44,636 nt of DNA, from positions 1-44,636 of IMG/VR virus record IMGVR_UViG_3300030095_003343; one strand, given 5' to 3'. Under the pieces are notes generated by a model that had not been told where the DNA came from, made no database searches, and saw only the letters and a list, made by a program, of their open reading frames with translations. Position 1 is the first letter of the stretch. Each line of letters begins with the position of its first letter. Shown here piece by piece: positions 43,284-44,636 of the stretch. The translations under genes were made by a program, and so were the position numbers. This DNA comes from a virus. Taxonomy: Duplodnaviria > Caudoviricetes.

Positions 43284-43802
43284 TTACGCTGCGGAGAACG
43301 GGGAAGCAAGAGTGCCACTTCCAAGAAGGGCAGATCCGCTGCACAGCCATCCATCAGTAGTGCAAACAAGCTCAATATAAGAACCTTCTAAGCCGCCCTT
43401 AGTGGTTCCATCAAGAGTAATAATATCATCGTCGCCGTCTGCGAAAAACGAAGTGTTCGCACCGGCAGTTTCCTTCATAATATTCAAAGCGCCTACATAG
43501 TTATCTGCGCTTGCTGTCGTTACCGTCGCACCACTGGCAGCTACCGAGAAGTAAATCTTAAAAGTAAGGCCGAGTGTGCAAGTCTGATTGGGATCAGCCT
43601 TATCGGAAGGCTCAGTCGTAACAATCGAAGGAAGCGTAATTGCAATATCAGCATCCTGTATTACAACAACCCTTCCTCCGTGATCCGCGTCAGTCAAAGA
43701 AAGAGTTGCTGAAGCATCGGCAACATTTACTTCATTGTTGTAACCAGAAGGGTTAAATCCAGCAAGAGATTTAACCGGACCACTAAAAGTTGTCTTACCC
43801 AT
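43284..43802 (-). CDS. Virion (capsid-associated) protein of the MxxTTFSGPV type, 172 aa
   Basis: MGKTTFSGPVKS start; ITLDGTTKGG..GS; GSGTLASPF end; GAGGTG RBS. Confidence 0.75.
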   Translation of the reverse strand: MGKTTFSGPVKSLAGFNPSGYNNEVNVADASATLSLTDADHGGRVVVIQDADIAITLPSIVTTEPSDKADPNQTCTLGLTFKIYFSVAASGATVTTASADNYVGALNIMKETAGANTSFFADGDDDIITLDGTTKGGLEGSYIELVCTTDGWLCSGSALLGSGTLASPFSAA

Positions 43803-43868
43803 TTTGAATCACCTCATTGCACGCAATTTGCCTGACAGTCCGCGTGCTGTCGTTTAAGTCTGTCAGGC
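43803..43868 (-). ncRNA. Candidate cis-regulatory pseudoknot in the leader of 43284-43802
   Basis: Minus strand: GCCTGACAG-ACTTAAACGACA-GCACGC-GGA-CTGTCAGGC-AAATT-GCGTGC-AATGAGGTG...ATG; 9-bp stem plus 6-bp loop-to-downstream pairing. Confidence 0.65.
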
Positions 43869-43874
43869 TTTGGT

Positions 43875-44123
43875 CTACCACTTCTTGCAAGACCAGTATC
43901 CAGCAGTCAATTTGCTTTTCTTCTCGTCGCATTTGTGGCGAGCCCGGAAAGACTTTTTCCGAGCAGGAATGTTTTTCTTAATTTTCATGTTAGGATCACC
44001 AAAGCGAACAAGTCTCACTTTGTCTTTTTCTTTGGCTAAAACCGCAAACTTCTTAGACTCGCCCGGAGTTCTTTTAGGCTTGTTGTATCCAGAAAATTTT
44101 TCACCACGATAAGTAATAGCCAT
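43875..44123 (-). CDS. Small very basic phage protein, 82 aa
   Basis: YNKPKRTP..KKFAVLAK...VRFGDPNM...RKKSFRARHKC...AGYWSCKKW. Confidence 0.8.
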   Translation of the reverse strand: MAITYRGEKFSGYNKPKRTPGESKKFAVLAKEKDKVRLVRFGDPNMKIKKNIPARKKSFRARHKCDEKKSKLTAGYWSCKKW

Positions 44124-44125
44124 GT

Positions 44126-44398
44126 CTAACCCTTGCGGTGCTTAGCGGTTTTTTTAGCAACTTTTAAAGGCTGCTTTGAGTGTTGCTTTCCAGCCTTGGT
44201 GTCTTTGAGCTTTTTAGCATTAGTAGCAGCTAATTGTTTTTTGCCTTTTGGAGTCTGTTTTAATTCTTTTATGGCTTCTTTAGGAAGGTAACGCTCATTC
44301 TTTGCGTCCTTACCTTGAGTGCTGGGCTTGCCGGATTTAGTTCCCCAATCTTCTTTAGTCCATTTATTGAGCGACTTCTGGGGCTTCTTGAGTGCCAT
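44126..44398 (-). CDS. Small basic protein (DUF5872-like, second part)
   Basis: QKSLNKWTKEDWGTK...ERYLPKEAIKEL. Confidence 0.75.
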   Translation of the reverse strand: MALKKPQKSLNKWTKEDWGTKSGKPSTQGKDAKNERYLPKEAIKELKQTPKGKKQLAATNAKKLKDTKAGKQHSKQPLKVAKKTAKHRKG

Positions 44399-44622
44399 TA
44401 GTTTCGGTAGCCCCCGCCCTTGGCTTTGTATTCCTTAGCCAACATCTGGGCCTTACGGGCACTCCACTGACCGGGCTTGCCGCCCTTGCTGCCAGACTTG
44501 ATCTTCTTGAAGAGACTCTCGCGCATCTTCGGCTTGGTGTAGTTCTTAGCCTGATTGACTTTGCTTTTTGCTTTCTTAGCAGGTCTTTTTTTAGCCACCT
44601 GAACCCCTGTGCAACATCTCAA
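44398..44622 (-). CDS. Small basic protein (DUF5872-like, first part; start probably about 44598)
   Basis: NYTKP.MRE....IK.G.KGGKPGQWSARKAQMLAKEYKAKGGGY. Confidence 0.8.
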   Translation of the reverse strand: MRCCTGVQVAKKRPAKKAKSKVNQAKNYTKPKMRESLFKKIKSGSKGGKPGQWSARKAQMLAKEYKAKGGGYRN

Positions 44623-44636
44623 AAGCCCAAGTAATT

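Overview
A 44.6 kb fragment of a dsDNA tailed phage with podovirus-like late genes, broadly resembling uncultured aquatic HTVC010P/P22-type podophages (inferred from protein motifs; no search was run). There are three blocks. (1) About 1-11250, + strand: an early/accessory region of many small ORFs, a GP88-like Cys-cluster protein, a MoxR AAA+ / DUF3150-like / peptidase-VWA triad, a DUF6011 protein, tRNA-Arg(UCU), and wHTH and ribbon-helix-helix regulators. At least seven structured intergenic elements with overlapping, mutually exclusive hairpins sit in front of ribosome-binding sites, and the block is enriched in (A/C)CTAAC. (2) About 11290-16755: replication/recombination genes (primase-helicase, RusA-like resolvase, PD-(D/E)XK exonuclease, Sak-like annealing protein, SSB-like protein, DUF3310). 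(3) About 16739-44636, - strand: a putative lysis cassette, a metallophosphoesterase, a 2780-aa polyvalent LPD38-type protein with a repeat-flanked module, ejection proteins, tail/adaptor genes, five tandem paralogous small virion genes, a candidate pseudoknot leader and small basic proteins. I recognised no capsid, portal, terminase, polymerase or integrase in the window. The best candidate for an undescribed system is the array of alternative-fold hairpin + RBS + ORF cassettes in the early region.
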